31,176 bases of DNA. Source: Candidatus Hadarchaeota archaeon (GTDB lineage Archaea; CAYQAE01; CAYVLA01). Where the stretch lies: the NCBI GenBank assembly GCA_964452145.1, contig CAYVLA010000028.1, positions 1-31,176 of the forward strand, given 5' to 3'. The notes beneath the pieces are model-generated. The model was not told the origin of the DNA and made no database searches. It saw only the letters and a list, made by a program, of their open reading frames with translations. Shown here one piece after another: positions 1-9,451 of the stretch (positions within the stretch are counted from its first letter, which is position 1; every line of letters begins with the position of its first letter). Made by a program: the position numbers and the translations under genes.

Positions 1-482
1 CCGCCTCCTCCCCACGAGGCATCCCCGCCCCACATTCCCAGCGGCATGCCCTCCTCCTGGACCGCCTTGATGAACCATGACATCCACCGAGGGTCGAAGT
101 AGACCTGGGGCCAAAGGATGTTTCCGCAGGAGGCCTCGCGCATCAGGATCATGTCCCGCGTGGAGACTAGGTGCTCGTAGTTCCTAGGCATGTATATCCG
201 CAGTACCCTGTTCATGTAGTCGGGGTCTATCTGGAGGGTGGCGATCGAGTAGTGCCCCGGCATTGGGACGCCGAGGACCGAGATGGAGGGATCCGCATCC
301 AACATCCTGTCGTAGTACCCGCCTTGGAAGAGCCCCCGGTCGATCAGCATCAAATCGATGACGAGGGGATTGCCCGCTGAGAGGTTGGCCATGGCCGAGG
401 CCTGAGCGAGCTGGAGGAGCACAAGCACGGCTGCCGAGGATAGCGATCCCTTGGCCAAGAACCGCATGCCGTTGATTCTCAT
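1..482 (-). CDS. Secreted/surface protein, 3'-partial (runs off the window edge); possibly class I glutamine amidotransferase-like fold
   Basis: Not in the ORF track because it has no stop in the window. Manual translation: MRINGMRFLAKGSLSSAAVLVLLQLAQASAMANLSAGNPLVIDLMLIDRG...RVLRIYMPRNYEHLVSTRDMILMREASCG...GMPLGMWGGDASWGGGG. The ATG (482) overlaps the upstream TGA as ATGA; alternative ATG at 467. Signal-peptide-like N-terminus ending AQA/ASA. The fold call is only a resemblance. Confidence 0.75.
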   Translation of the reverse strand, partial: MRINGMRFLAKGSLSSAAVLVLLQLAQASAMANLSAGNPLVIDLMLIDRGLFQGGYYDRMLDADPSISVLGVPMPGHYSIATLQIDPDYMNRVLRIYMPRNYEHLVSTRDMILMREASCGNILWPQVYFDPRWMSWFIKAVQEEGMPLGMWGGDASWGGG

Positions 483-1537
483 CCCGAGCCAGCCCCTACT
501 CCCCGTCCCCCTTCGGTCGGCCCCGCGCTCCGAACGATGCCGCGCAGCAGCCTTCCAAGCAGATCGGCCCCCGTGATGACGCGTTTGCCCCCGTCCCACA
601 GCAGTATCACGTCCTGATCGACGACATCATCCTCGCCATGGCTGGGCCTCACCTTCAGGAGGCCGATAACGTCGCCAATTGTAGTTTTGTCGCTCATGGC
701 GATGATCGGCCGATGGCAATGGGAATACGGGTTGAATCGGTCGGGATTGAACAGGGCATCGCGAATGAACTCGTCCGAATCCACGACCAGCCTCGGCTCG
801 CCCCACGGGTCGACGATGACGACCCATTTCTTCCCCGAGAGCTGGACGCGCTTCAGGAACTCATCGGAAATAGTCGGTTTGATCGGGGGGAAGATGGGCC
901 TGCCGTTGCGGAACTCCATCTGCACGATGCTTGCGGGATCGATAGGTTCGCCTTCGGCCGATAAGAGGATATCGTCAAGCGCTAAGAAGTTCAGCGCCCC
1001 CCGCCCCTCGACGCTTTCGATCTCGCTCTCGGGGGATTCCATGTGTATTCTTATCAGCTCCCGCACATCCCTTTCCCTCAGATATCCAATGGCCTCCGGA
1101 CCCAGCCATCTATTCAGAACCATGGCCGTAGGCTTCGCCACGGGGTACAGCAGAACCTGATAGATGCGCAGAACGGGCGAAAGCGTCGAACCGAATCGCA
1201 GGGCGTGCCGCCGGAAGTACGCCTGCGGAACGATCTCCCCCAGGATGGTGATCACGACGGTCGAGAACATGAATGCCGCGACGCCGGTGAGAACCGAGCC
1301 GGACAGCAAGGCCAGGAGCGTGTTGACCGCCACGTTTGCCCACAGGATCGTGACCAGCAGGAAGTTCGCATCCTTTCTCAGAGACAGAACGCGGCGAGCG
1401 TGCCTGTTGTTCTTGGCAACCTCCATCCGGAGCTCCAGATTGCTCACCGTGAAGAATGCCAGATTGAGGCCAGAGAGCATCGCGGATTGCGATATGCAGA
1501 ATGCGATCCCTATCCACACGATCAACGTCACAGCCAT
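479..1537 (-). CDS. CNNM/DUF21 domain membrane protein (CorB-like Mg2+/Co2+ transporter) with degenerate CBS-like C-terminal region
   Basis: DUF21 hallmarks SAMLSGLNLAFF, LLVTILWANVAVN, ITILGEIVPQAY, LLYPVAKP. RBS AGGAGGAG just before ATG at 1537 (GTG at 1540 is the alternative). Confidence 0.88.
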   Translation of the reverse strand: MAVTLIVWIGIAFCISQSAMLSGLNLAFFTVSNLELRMEVAKNNRHARRVLSLRKDANFLLVTILWANVAVNTLLALLSGSVLTGVAAFMFSTVVITILGEIVPQAYFRRHALRFGSTLSPVLRIYQVLLYPVAKPTAMVLNRWLGPEAIGYLRERDVRELIRIHMESPESEIESVEGRGALNFLALDDILLSAEGEPIDPASIVQMEFRNGRPIFPPIKPTISDEFLKRVQLSGKKWVVIVDPWGEPRLVVDSDEFIRDALFNPDRFNPYSHCHRPIIAMSDKTTIGDVIGLLKVRPSHGEDDVVDQDVILLWDGGKRVITGADLLGRLLRGIVRSAGPTEGGRGVGAGSG

Positions 1538-1635
1538 CACTCCTCCTACGACACGCCGTCACTTGTCCCGATCAATCGTCTCGGGCGAGCCAGACTCCGT
1601 CCGTCCCGGCCGACTCTCCATGAACCATCGGCACC

Positions 1636-4353
1636 TCATCTCCCCTGACGGTGAACCACCTGCGGCTTTCCGTACACTCCGAGCCGCTTAAACATCTCGT
1701 CGGCTACCCAGATCGTACTCGATACCGCGGCTATGAGGAGCCAGTCCACCCAGGAGAGCCCCGTTGCTCCGAACAGCATCCTCCCGATGGGGGTGCTCAC
1801 AACCCCAAGTTGCGCCAGAATCGCCAACCCCACACCCAAAACCAGGTGCCTGTTGCTGAACGCTCCGATCGAGAGGACCGATAGGTAGTTGGATCGCGCG
1901 TTGAACGCCTGAAACCACTGGAACGCCGCCATCGCGGTGAAGGCGACGGTGCGGGCATAGTCGAGCCCCCCGTCTCGCTGCGCATACCAGAACAGACCGA
2001 GGGTGCCGACGGCCATGATGGGCGTGAGCAGGGCCATGCGGAGCGCCAACCGCCTGCCGACGATGAACTCCTTCGGGTCCCGCGGCGGGTGTTTGAGGAC
2101 ATCCCGGTGTCTGGGCTCCACCCCGAGAGGCAGGGTGCACGCGCCGTCGGTCACTAGGTTGATCCAGAGAATCATGACAGCAGTCAGCGGCAGTGGCAGG
2201 CCAACAGCCAGAGCTGCGACCAGGGTGAGGACCTCCCCAACGTTGGTCGCGAGGAGGAAGAAGACGACGCGGCGCAGGTTGCTGTAGATGACCCTGCCTT
2301 CCTCTACGGCGTGAACGATCGTGGCGAAGTTGTCATCCGTCAGCACCATATCCGCGGCCTCCTTGGCCACCTCGGTGCCGGCCCGCCCCATGGCTACGCC
2401 GATATCCGCGCCTTTTAGTGCGGGAGCGTCGTTCACGCCGTCGCCCGTCATCGCCACTATGTGCCCCTGCTCTTTGAGCGCCTCCATGATCTTGAGCTTG
2501 TGGGCCGGAGTGACCCGCGCGAACACGCCGCCTTCAAGAGCGGCCCGAGCCAGATCAGGTTTCTCCATCGCCTCGATCTCCGGGCCGGTCACAACCCCGC
2601 CGTTCTGAGCGATCCCAACCTGCCGGGCAATCGCCAAGGCCGTCACCGCGTGGTCGCCGGTGATCATCACCGGATGTATGCCCGCCTCCCTAGCCGCCAT
2701 CACCGCTTCCGCGCTTTCCTCCCGCGGTGGGTCGATCATGCCCCACAGCCCGGCAAGGGTCAGATCCTCCTCAACATCAGCTTGCTCAAGCTTCTCCCGG
2801 CCCCGCGGCGCCTCCCGGTACGCGCCTGCCATCACCCGCAGCGCATTCGATGCAAACTCCTCGTTTACCCGGACGATCTCTCTGCGGAGATCCTCGCTCA
2901 GCTTGACCGGTTTCCCATCCTGGGACACATGCGAGCAGAAATTGAGTATCCGCTCGGGGGCTCCCTTGATGTACACGACCCGCCCCGAGCCGCCCTGCCC
3001 GGGGTGCAGGGTAGCCATGTACTTACTCTCGCTGGAGAATGGAAGCTCTGCAAGGCGTGGCATGTCCCGCTGGAGCCCTTCGATATCCAAATCCGCCTTG
3101 ATCGCGACCGCCAGCAACGCCCCCTCGCTCGGATTGCCCTCCACTGTCCACCGGCCCTCCCGCTCCTTGAGCTTGGCGTTGTTGCAGAGCACGCCGATCT
3201 GCAGAAGACGTTCAAGGGATTGGGGCAGTTCCTCGACCACTTTGCGGTCGGCCTTCAGTTCGCCCTCTGGCTGATAGCCTTCGCCGCTCACCTCGAAGGC
3301 CCGGCCGCCCGACCAGAGCATGCGGACGGTCATCTGGTTCTTGGTGATCGTCCCGGTCTTGTCTGAGCAGATCACCGTCGTGGAGCCGAGGGTCTCCACC
3401 GCGGACATGCGTCGTATGATTGCGTTCTGCGCGGCCATGCGCCGCACGCCCAGAGCCAAGGTCACGCTGATGACGGCCGGGAGGCCTTCCGGGATGGCCG
3501 ACACTGCCACTGCAACCGAGAACATCGCCATCTCGATCACGCCGTAGCTTCGAAGCAGCCCCAGCCCGAATACGCCGACTGCGAGCACGACGCCCGCCAC
3601 CCCCAGCACGATTCCGAGTCTGTGCATGCGCCTCTGGAGCGGCGTGCTCTCTCTGCCGGTGGAGCGAACCTCCCCGGCGATTCGGCCCATCTGGGTCTGC
3701 ATCCCGGTCTCGACCACAACGGCCCTTCCGCGGCCACCGGTTATGTTTGTGGACATCCACGCCATGTTTCGACGATCGGCCATCGGCGTGTTCTCTTCGA
3801 CCGGCCCCGGCTGTTTGGCCACCGGCTGGGATTCCCCGGTGAGGGCTGATTCATCAGCCCGCAGATCGTCCCCGGAGAGCAGCAGGGCATCCGCCGCTAC
3901 CCGATCGCCGGTCTCCAGCACCAACACATCTCCGGGCACGACTCGATCCGCGCCTATCTCGGTTGCCTTGCCTGCGCGCAAGACCCTGGCATGCGGCGCG
4001 GCCATCTCGCGCAGCGCACCAAGCGCACCCTCGGCCCTCCATTCCTGAACGAACCCAAGCACGCCATTGACCGCCACCACCACCGCAATCACGACCGCAT
4101 CCACGGGATGGTCGACGAGCATGGACAAGGCCGCGGCGCCCACCAACAGGTAGATCAGCGGGTTGTGAAACTGCCGCCCCAGCAACCGCAAGGGGGAGGC
4201 GCCCTCCTCAACCTCCAGCGAATTCGGCCCTTCATCCTCGAGTCTTTGCTCGGCATCGTCCTCGGTTAGACCATCCTTGGAGCTCCCAAGGCGCCTGATC
4301 GCCTCATCCACTTCCACCGCGTGCCAATGAAAGGGCGGGGCCTCCTGGCTCAT
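1636..4353 (-). CDS. P-type cation-transporting ATPase, type IIA (Ca2+-ATPase-like)
   Basis: TGES, AIPEGLP, CSDKTGT phosphorylation motif, KGAPE, DPPR, MITGD, TGDGVNDAPAL. TM5 NVGE and TM6 NLVTDG match the Ca2+-ATPase pattern. Purine-rich RBS upstream. Confidence 0.95.
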   Translation of the reverse strand: MSQEAPPFHWHAVEVDEAIRRLGSSKDGLTEDDAEQRLEDEGPNSLEVEEGASPLRLLGRQFHNPLIYLLVGAAALSMLVDHPVDAVVIAVVVAVNGVLGFVQEWRAEGALGALREMAAPHARVLRAGKATEIGADRVVPGDVLVLETGDRVAADALLLSGDDLRADESALTGESQPVAKQPGPVEENTPMADRRNMAWMSTNITGGRGRAVVVETGMQTQMGRIAGEVRSTGRESTPLQRRMHRLGIVLGVAGVVLAVGVFGLGLLRSYGVIEMAMFSVAVAVSAIPEGLPAVISVTLALGVRRMAAQNAIIRRMSAVETLGSTTVICSDKTGTITKNQMTVRMLWSGGRAFEVSGEGYQPEGELKADRKVVEELPQSLERLLQIGVLCNNAKLKEREGRWTVEGNPSEGALLAVAIKADLDIEGLQRDMPRLAELPFSSESKYMATLHPGQGGSGRVVYIKGAPERILNFCSHVSQDGKPVKLSEDLRREIVRVNEEFASNALRVMAGAYREAPRGREKLEQADVEEDLTLAGLWGMIDPPREESAEAVMAAREAGIHPVMITGDHAVTALAIARQVGIAQNGGVVTGPEIEAMEKPDLARAALEGGVFARVTPAHKLKIMEALKEQGHIVAMTGDGVNDAPALKGADIGVAMGRAGTEVAKEAADMVLTDDNFATIVHAVEEGRVIYSNLRRVVFFLLATNVGEVLTLVAALAVGLPLPLTAVMILWINLVTDGACTLPLGVEPRHRDVLKHPPRDPKEFIVGRRLALRMALLTPIMAVGTLGLFWYAQRDGGLDYARTVAFTAMAAFQWFQAFNARSNYLSVLSIGAFSNRHLVLGVGLAILAQLGVVSTPIGRMLFGATGLSWVDWLLIAAVSSTIWVADEMFKRLGVYGKPQVVHRQGR

Positions 4354-4418
4354 GTCGCCTTCCTTCCTCGCCTCTGTCGGCTTTGAAGCGAATCCGAGTC
4401 GAGCTGGTGTTCACCAAG

Positions 4419-4425
4419 CTTAAAT
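4419..4425 (-). promoter_or_regulatory. Candidate TATA box (ATTTAAG) for the P-type ATPase gene
   Basis: AT-rich element ~65 nt upstream of the start in an otherwise GC-rich spacer, followed by an SD-bearing leader. Confidence 0.5.
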
Positions 4426-4706
4426 CGTAATCCCCCGCACCCACACGTGGTCATCGAACGGAACGGGGTGGACCAGAAGATGAGCCTTGGCTCACACTTC
4501 GACGCATCGGCCCCCAACAATGCTGGGCCCAAAGCCATCATCCTCTGGCAGGGTTGGTCTTCCAGCATCTGTCCCCCTTCTCGTCTGCAAACTGCGATCT
4601 CGAGGGAGGCATGCAACCATAGCTCTCCGGATAGCCGAAGATCGAGGGAGAATGGAAGGGAGGCGACGCCTAGGCTCTCGTACAGGCCAAGACCTGATCT
4701 CGGCAA

Positions 4707-5534
4707 TCAAGAGAAATCCTTCATCTTCTCCTCGGAACCCGCCTTCAACGACCTGATTATTCGTTGCGGCAGGGCGCTGAGCCTGTCAAGGCCGCGGGAG
4801 GTGACCCGGTAGATCTCCTTGCCCGTCGATGTCACGTAGCCCTTCCTGACCAGATCCTCAAGTATCGATCCTATCTCCTGGAGTCGAAGCTGTGTCTGCG
4901 CCGCGATCCCTGCCACCGGCACCCCCTGTGCCACAAGACTGAGAACGCGCAGGCCGTTGGCGCCCACGCTTCTGATCTCCGCGACGACCCTGTGTTGCAG
5001 GATCCTGCCCCTCCATACGAGGCCAACCGCCACGGCTACAAATGCAAGCGTGACGAAGATGGGGTCGATCGCCTTTGATAGGTAGAAGGCGGCAAGTCCC
5101 CAGAAGATCACCGACAGCCCGCAGCCCACCATCACGGCCGCGAAGCCCCTCCGCCTCCCCATGCCCACCGCCTGTGTCGCAGCAACCCCCAAGAAGGAGC
5201 CGAAGGCGAACACGAAGGCGACGGTGCCCATGAAGAAGTATCGTCCCCCCGGACCGGCCGCCTCCAGCTGCAGTGCTGGAAGAACTCGTGCACCGTGCGC
5301 AGGCCTGATGCGGATGAAAGCGGAGGAAAGCATTGCCTTGAGCCGATCGACCAGCGAACGGATCGCCTGGAAGAAGAGAAACAGCACAGCTGCGCTGCCT
5401 AGATGGCCTATCGCGAGAAGGAGCAACACATCGCCCAGATCCGGCCCCAGCATCTTCATGGCTATCGGCGCTGCCTGGGGCGGTCCCAACACCACGGTTA
5501 CGGCTATGACCGTTAGGGATCTTGCATCGATCAC
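4707..5534 (-). CDS. Multi-pass membrane protein (small multidrug export/COG2426-like) fused to a C-terminal winged helix-turn-helix
   Basis: Several hydrophobic segments in the first ~175 aa. The C-terminal GLRVLSLVAQGVPVAGIAAQTQLRLQEIGSILEDLVRKGYVTSTGKEIYRVTSRG has the wHTH L-x2-L-x3-G-Y-V...Y-x-(L/V)-T-x-x-G pattern. GTG start 27 nt after a TATA-like box. Confidence 0.7.
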   Translation of the reverse strand: MIDARSLTVIAVTVVLGPPQAAPIAMKMLGPDLGDVLLLLAIGHLGSAAVLFLFFQAIRSLVDRLKAMLSSAFIRIRPAHGARVLPALQLEAAGPGGRYFFMGTVAFVFAFGSFLGVAATQAVGMGRRRGFAAVMVGCGLSVIFWGLAAFYLSKAIDPIFVTLAFVAVAVGLVWRGRILQHRVVAEIRSVGANGLRVLSLVAQGVPVAGIAAQTQLRLQEIGSILEDLVRKGYVTSTGKEIYRVTSRGLDRLSALPQRIIRSLKAGSEEKMKDFS

Positions 5535-5559
5535 TTCGGAATCCCAGCAGGGGCGTGGG

Positions 5560-5570
5560 TAAATATCTCA
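5560..5570 (-). promoter_or_regulatory. TATA-like promoter TGAGATATTTA
   Basis: About 27 nt upstream of GTG 5534. The same 10-mer occurs upstream of the gene starting at 9252. Confidence 0.55.
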
Positions 5571-5714
5571 CTCTGTCTCCGTCAGGCCCTCTCACAACAC
5601 TCCTCATCCCGCCTAGCGCCCCGCCGCATTGCCAGTCTGTCAATCGTCGGGTGCTTCGGGGTGATGACCATCATCGGCCCCAGGGAAGATCCTTTGTTCA
5701 TCCTGAATCGAGCC

Positions 5715-7259
5715 TCACCCCTTGGAGGAGGACGCGATCAGGTGCGATGCGAGGCCCGGGTGGTCGGTGATGATCCCGTCCACACCGTATCCCAGCAGCC
5801 TCCTCATGTCCTGCTCAGCGTTCACGGTGTAGATGAACACGGCCAGGCCCAGGTCGTGCGCCTCCTCGACGAAGAACTCGTCCATTTCTGAGAGTGAAGC
5901 CCCTGCGACATCCACCACGCTCCGATCCAGCGATCCCAGGCTCTGAAGCGTCGGTCCCAGCGCAACGGTCTTGATTCGTCCCTCTATCTGCCTGACTTGC
6001 CTCAGGCGGGCGTGGTCGAAATCGAAGATCATCACCTGGTCCAGGGCATCGTGGGCCTCCGCCTTCCGGATCACCGCCAATGGGTCGGCCTGCTTGTTCT
6101 CGATGCAGAGGATGGCCTTCCCGCTCACCGCTTCCAGAGCCTCGTCAAGGGTCGGAACCCTCTCCCCCGAGAATCCTGGGCCGAACCAGGACCCGGCATC
6201 GAGGCTCCGGATCTCCTCCAGGGTCAGGGAAGAGACGAGGCCGGTTCCGTCCGTGGTCCTTGAGACGTCGCTGTCGTGTATCAGGACGATCTCGCCGTCC
6301 TTGGTGGTGTGAACATCGATCTCGACCATGGTGGCCCCGAGCTCCAAGGCCCGCTCTATCGAGGAGAGAGTGTTCTCAGGTGCCTGACCGCTGGCTCCAC
6401 GATGAGCTATCACCACCGGACCCTCCCATGCCACCTCGTTGATCTGGCAGCCCACAAGGTCGCCGTCGCCGTAGATCCTGATAACATGGATCAGCCCCTT
6501 GTGCAAAGGTGCAGACAAGCCGCTGACCGAGAAAGCCACGCTGAGCCTGTCACCCTTCCTCACACTTGGGAACGTCACGCTTCCTCGATCTGGAGCCTGG
6601 GCAAGGGGCACGGAGCCCGGGTGCTCGCCTGGGAGAACGGCGTAGCGGGTAGTCACATCGTTGTGCTGCTTGACCACGCTTTGCAGAGTTTTCGCACGCA
6701 TAACGCAAAAGCCCGAGACCCCTTCGTAGTAGGTCACACTACCGTTGCCGTCGACACAGAGCAGATGGAGGCTTGGCAGTGGGTGTGAGGCCCGGTCCCC
6801 GACCGCGGCCACCATGGCTCTGGTGAAGTCGAACATCAAGGCATCGAAGCCATCTCCCTTCGAATCCACCTCGATGCTCTCCACGGTGTATCCGTCCGGG
6901 AAGGCGGAAAGCCACGCCCTCAGTGCTGGTATGCCTTCCGCGATCTGGTCCAGTCCCGGGTTGGATCCGTCCGACTCGCCAGCGGTGATAACGGGGAGCT
7001 GTGCCCCCCAAAGGACCGAGAACGCCATGGTTACCTCTTCATAAGATCTCCCAGCCGCGACGGCGAAGGCGAAGTCGTACGTGGTAGCCGGGTAGGTCCT
7101 CATGCTCGGGGGATGCTCGTTCATCGTCACCTCGATCCCCACCACCGAAGCAGCCCGGCGCCAGACCTCCCAGACCAGCGTCAAGCAGGCTCCGGCGACC
7201 ACTATGGTGACCATGAGGATCAGGGAGATCCCCACAAGGCTCCGCATCCCGGGGGTCAT
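5715..7259 (-). CDS. Membrane-anchored protein with an uncharacterised N-terminal domain and a C-terminal glycerophosphodiester phosphodiesterase (GDPD/GlpQ-UgpQ family)
   Basis: IAHRGASGQAPENT, VEIDVHTTKDGEIVLIHD, VPTLDE, IENK, YTVN, GVDGIITDHP. Hydrophobic N-terminus at aa 8-30. RBS GGTGA. Confidence 0.9.
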   Translation of the reverse strand: MTPGMRSLVGISLILMVTIVVAGACLTLVWEVWRRAASVVGIEVTMNEHPPSMRTYPATTYDFAFAVAAGRSYEEVTMAFSVLWGAQLPVITAGESDGSNPGLDQIAEGIPALRAWLSAFPDGYTVESIEVDSKGDGFDALMFDFTRAMVAAVGDRASHPLPSLHLLCVDGNGSVTYYEGVSGFCVMRAKTLQSVVKQHNDVTTRYAVLPGEHPGSVPLAQAPDRGSVTFPSVRKGDRLSVAFSVSGLSAPLHKGLIHVIRIYGDGDLVGCQINEVAWEGPVVIAHRGASGQAPENTLSSIERALELGATMVEIDVHTTKDGEIVLIHDSDVSRTTDGTGLVSSLTLEEIRSLDAGSWFGPGFSGERVPTLDEALEAVSGKAILCIENKQADPLAVIRKAEAHDALDQVMIFDFDHARLRQVRQIEGRIKTVALGPTLQSLGSLDRSVVDVAGASLSEMDEFFVEEAHDLGLAVFIYTVNAEQDMRRLLGYGVDGIITDHPGLASHLIASSSKG

Positions 7260-7566
7260 CTGTTCACCGTTGTCCGACGCCGATCTGGGAGATGCAGCAG
7301 TAGAGTAGATAGCAGCGACATTCTGCCGTGCCTCTGTGTCCTCGACTCAAGAATGCGTTGCCGGTACTGCTGGCGGTGGATGGGCTCAGGCACCCCCGAG
7401 GATCCCGGGCAAGGCACGCGTCCGCGCAAATGAATGGCGCCCCTCAAATCACCTTCTCCCCTTGTTGGGACCGGCGGCAAGGTGGTCGACCTCCAGCGTG
7501 GATGATTCTGGAAGGGCCGGGTCGGAACACAGGACCGATGAGACAAGTCAGTTGGCGCTGCACCGG

Positions 7567-9252
7567 TTACAGCCTGCATGGACGTGTTCGCAGAATCGCT
7601 CCGAACAGCGATACGGCAGCGACGAAGGGGATGGCGGGCTCGGACACATAGCCCAGTATCTTGGCCAGGTACCTCTCAGCGTCCCCATATTGGCATTCCC
7701 CAAGCGAGGTCAGAGCCCGGTTATAGTCCGCCCTTGCCATGAGTCCCATCCTATCCCCCGCCTCCTCAAGCTGTCTGGCAATCCCTTCGGCGATTGGAAG
7801 CATGGCCGAGATGTTCTGCCAGCAGACAGCGTTGGATACCATCTCCAGGTAGGCGGCGGCTCGGCCGACGTCAAGCGCGTTCATGCAGTTCAGAGCCCGG
7901 GCCAGACATCCCTCAAGGGATTCGATCACCAAGGGATCTGCTCCGGTTTCCCGGGCAAGGTCGATTTTCGACCTGGCCCCTGCAAGCAGGCATGAAGCCT
8001 CGCCCAGCGACTCCAGAACCGGGATTACCTTCGCCTCCATGATCCACTGCGCTGTGTAAAAGAAACATTCCTCATCAAGTAGCCGAGCCCTTTCGCACTC
8101 CCACATTACCGCCTCTGCATTCACTCCCTCCGCCTCGATCAACCCTGATAACCGCTCGGCCTCCGCAAACAGGCGCGAGAGATTGCCTGGGCGCCTTTGT
8201 TCCTCCAGGGGCGAGATCTCCAGAGTGAACCGCTGGTAGGGTCCCGTGAGGGATTCATCGACGTGGGGTGAGTAGCTCTGGACCTCGATGGTTCCATCAG
8301 GCGACACGTGAACCAGACGCATGAAGCCGTTGCCACCGTTGACCGAGCCCTCCACGCCCGACTGGTAGTTTGCGAGCATCTGGTGAACCACCTGTCCTTG
8401 GTCCACAACGCTTGTGAGGAGGGCGGTGCCGTCGTTGAGGACGTGTCCGCAGAAGATCAGCCGGAAGTTTGGATGCGCTTTGACGAGCTTGTCCCAAAGC
8501 TGCTGGCCATCGTTGACCGTCTCATTCTGCCGGCCAGCGATGGGATACGAATGGGGATTCCAGCGCTGGGAGCTGCCCTTGGCGGCCCAGTCATAGCGGG
8601 TATCATCCGAGTACAGATAGGCATGGGTGACCAGAATCGCGCTGTGATTCGGATGAGCCGAGACGACCTGGTTGGCCCAGTCGACGACCTCGTCGGAGGG
8701 GCCGAACCCGAGCGCCACAACCATCCAGTCCGCAGCACCGACACGGAAAAGGTGGTACGAGTTGTCGGTCCTCCCGGGTTCGAAGAAACCTCCCACGCTT
8801 CCCTGGCTGGCGTACGGGGAGCCCGAGCCGAAGAAGCGATCGTCGTTGAAATAGGTGAAGCGGCTGGCCGCGTTGCCCTGATAGTCATGGTTGCCCGGCG
8901 CCATGGCGTACGGTACGCGCGCATTCAGGTTATCCATTGCTGCCCGGGCCTTGCTCCACTGCTCCTGGTCCATTCCGTCGCCATCGACAATGTCCCCCTC
9001 GTGAATAACGAACCGTATGTTGTGGCTTGCACTGTGCTCCGCGATCCACTGCGTCTGCACGGCGAAGATGGCGCTGATGGAGGGCTGGCTGCTCGACAGG
9101 TAGGACTGGGTGTCGGGCAGCACTGCGATGGTGAACGCTCCGGCCGGGGGTGAAGCGGGATTCGCCCGGGCGGGTGGAAGGCTCCAGACGATCAATAACC
9201 CAATCACCAGGGGCCAAGCATACCCATGTTCCGGGAAACGATCCCTCGTCAT
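7567..9252 (-). CDS. Secreted calcineurin-like metallophosphoesterase with a helical-repeat stalk and C-terminal sorting/anchor signal
   Basis: Signal peptide ending ARA. Motifs LPDTQ, HEGDIVD, PGNHDY, VTHAYL, CGHV. Tail VSEPAIPFVAAVSLFGAILRTRPCRL. Confidence 0.88.
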   Translation of the reverse strand: MTRDRFPEHGYAWPLVIGLLIVWSLPPARANPASPPAGAFTIAVLPDTQSYLSSSQPSISAIFAVQTQWIAEHSASHNIRFVIHEGDIVDGDGMDQEQWSKARAAMDNLNARVPYAMAPGNHDYQGNAASRFTYFNDDRFFGSGSPYASQGSVGGFFEPGRTDNSYHLFRVGAADWMVVALGFGPSDEVVDWANQVVSAHPNHSAILVTHAYLYSDDTRYDWAAKGSSQRWNPHSYPIAGRQNETVNDGQQLWDKLVKAHPNFRLIFCGHVLNDGTALLTSVVDQGQVVHQMLANYQSGVEGSVNGGNGFMRLVHVSPDGTIEVQSYSPHVDESLTGPYQRFTLEISPLEEQRRPGNLSRLFAEAERLSGLIEAEGVNAEAVMWECERARLLDEECFFYTAQWIMEAKVIPVLESLGEASCLLAGARSKIDLARETGADPLVIESLEGCLARALNCMNALDVGRAAAYLEMVSNAVCWQNISAMLPIAEGIARQLEEAGDRMGLMARADYNRALTSLGECQYGDAERYLAKILGYVSEPAIPFVAAVSLFGAILRTRPCRL

Positions 9253-9280
9253 GCCCCGACTCCCTCGAAGCCTACAACCT

Positions 9281-9291
9281 AAAATATCTCA
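9281..9291 (-). promoter_or_regulatory. TATA-like promoter TGAGATATTTT
   Basis: About 30 nt upstream of ATG 9252. Matches the element at 5561-5570. Confidence 0.55.
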
Positions 9292-9451
9292 GCCTGCGTC
9301 TCTAAGCGGCTCTGTCCACCGTCCCCGGGGGATATGGAAGACGAAAAGGAGAGCCTTGCATCGATGTTGCTGGTCTGCGGCCTTGGAGGAAGTGGGACGC
9401 GATAGTCCGCGGACATCCAGGCCTTATCACAGGGACCCATCGCGTGGCGAG

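Noticed and set aside
4354..4706. ~350-nt spacer upstream of the P-type ATPase considered as a metal riboswitch or small ORF
   Set aside because: No yybP-ykoY or M-box consensus recognised, the candidate TATA leaves only a short leader, and the ORFs here lack protein-like composition.
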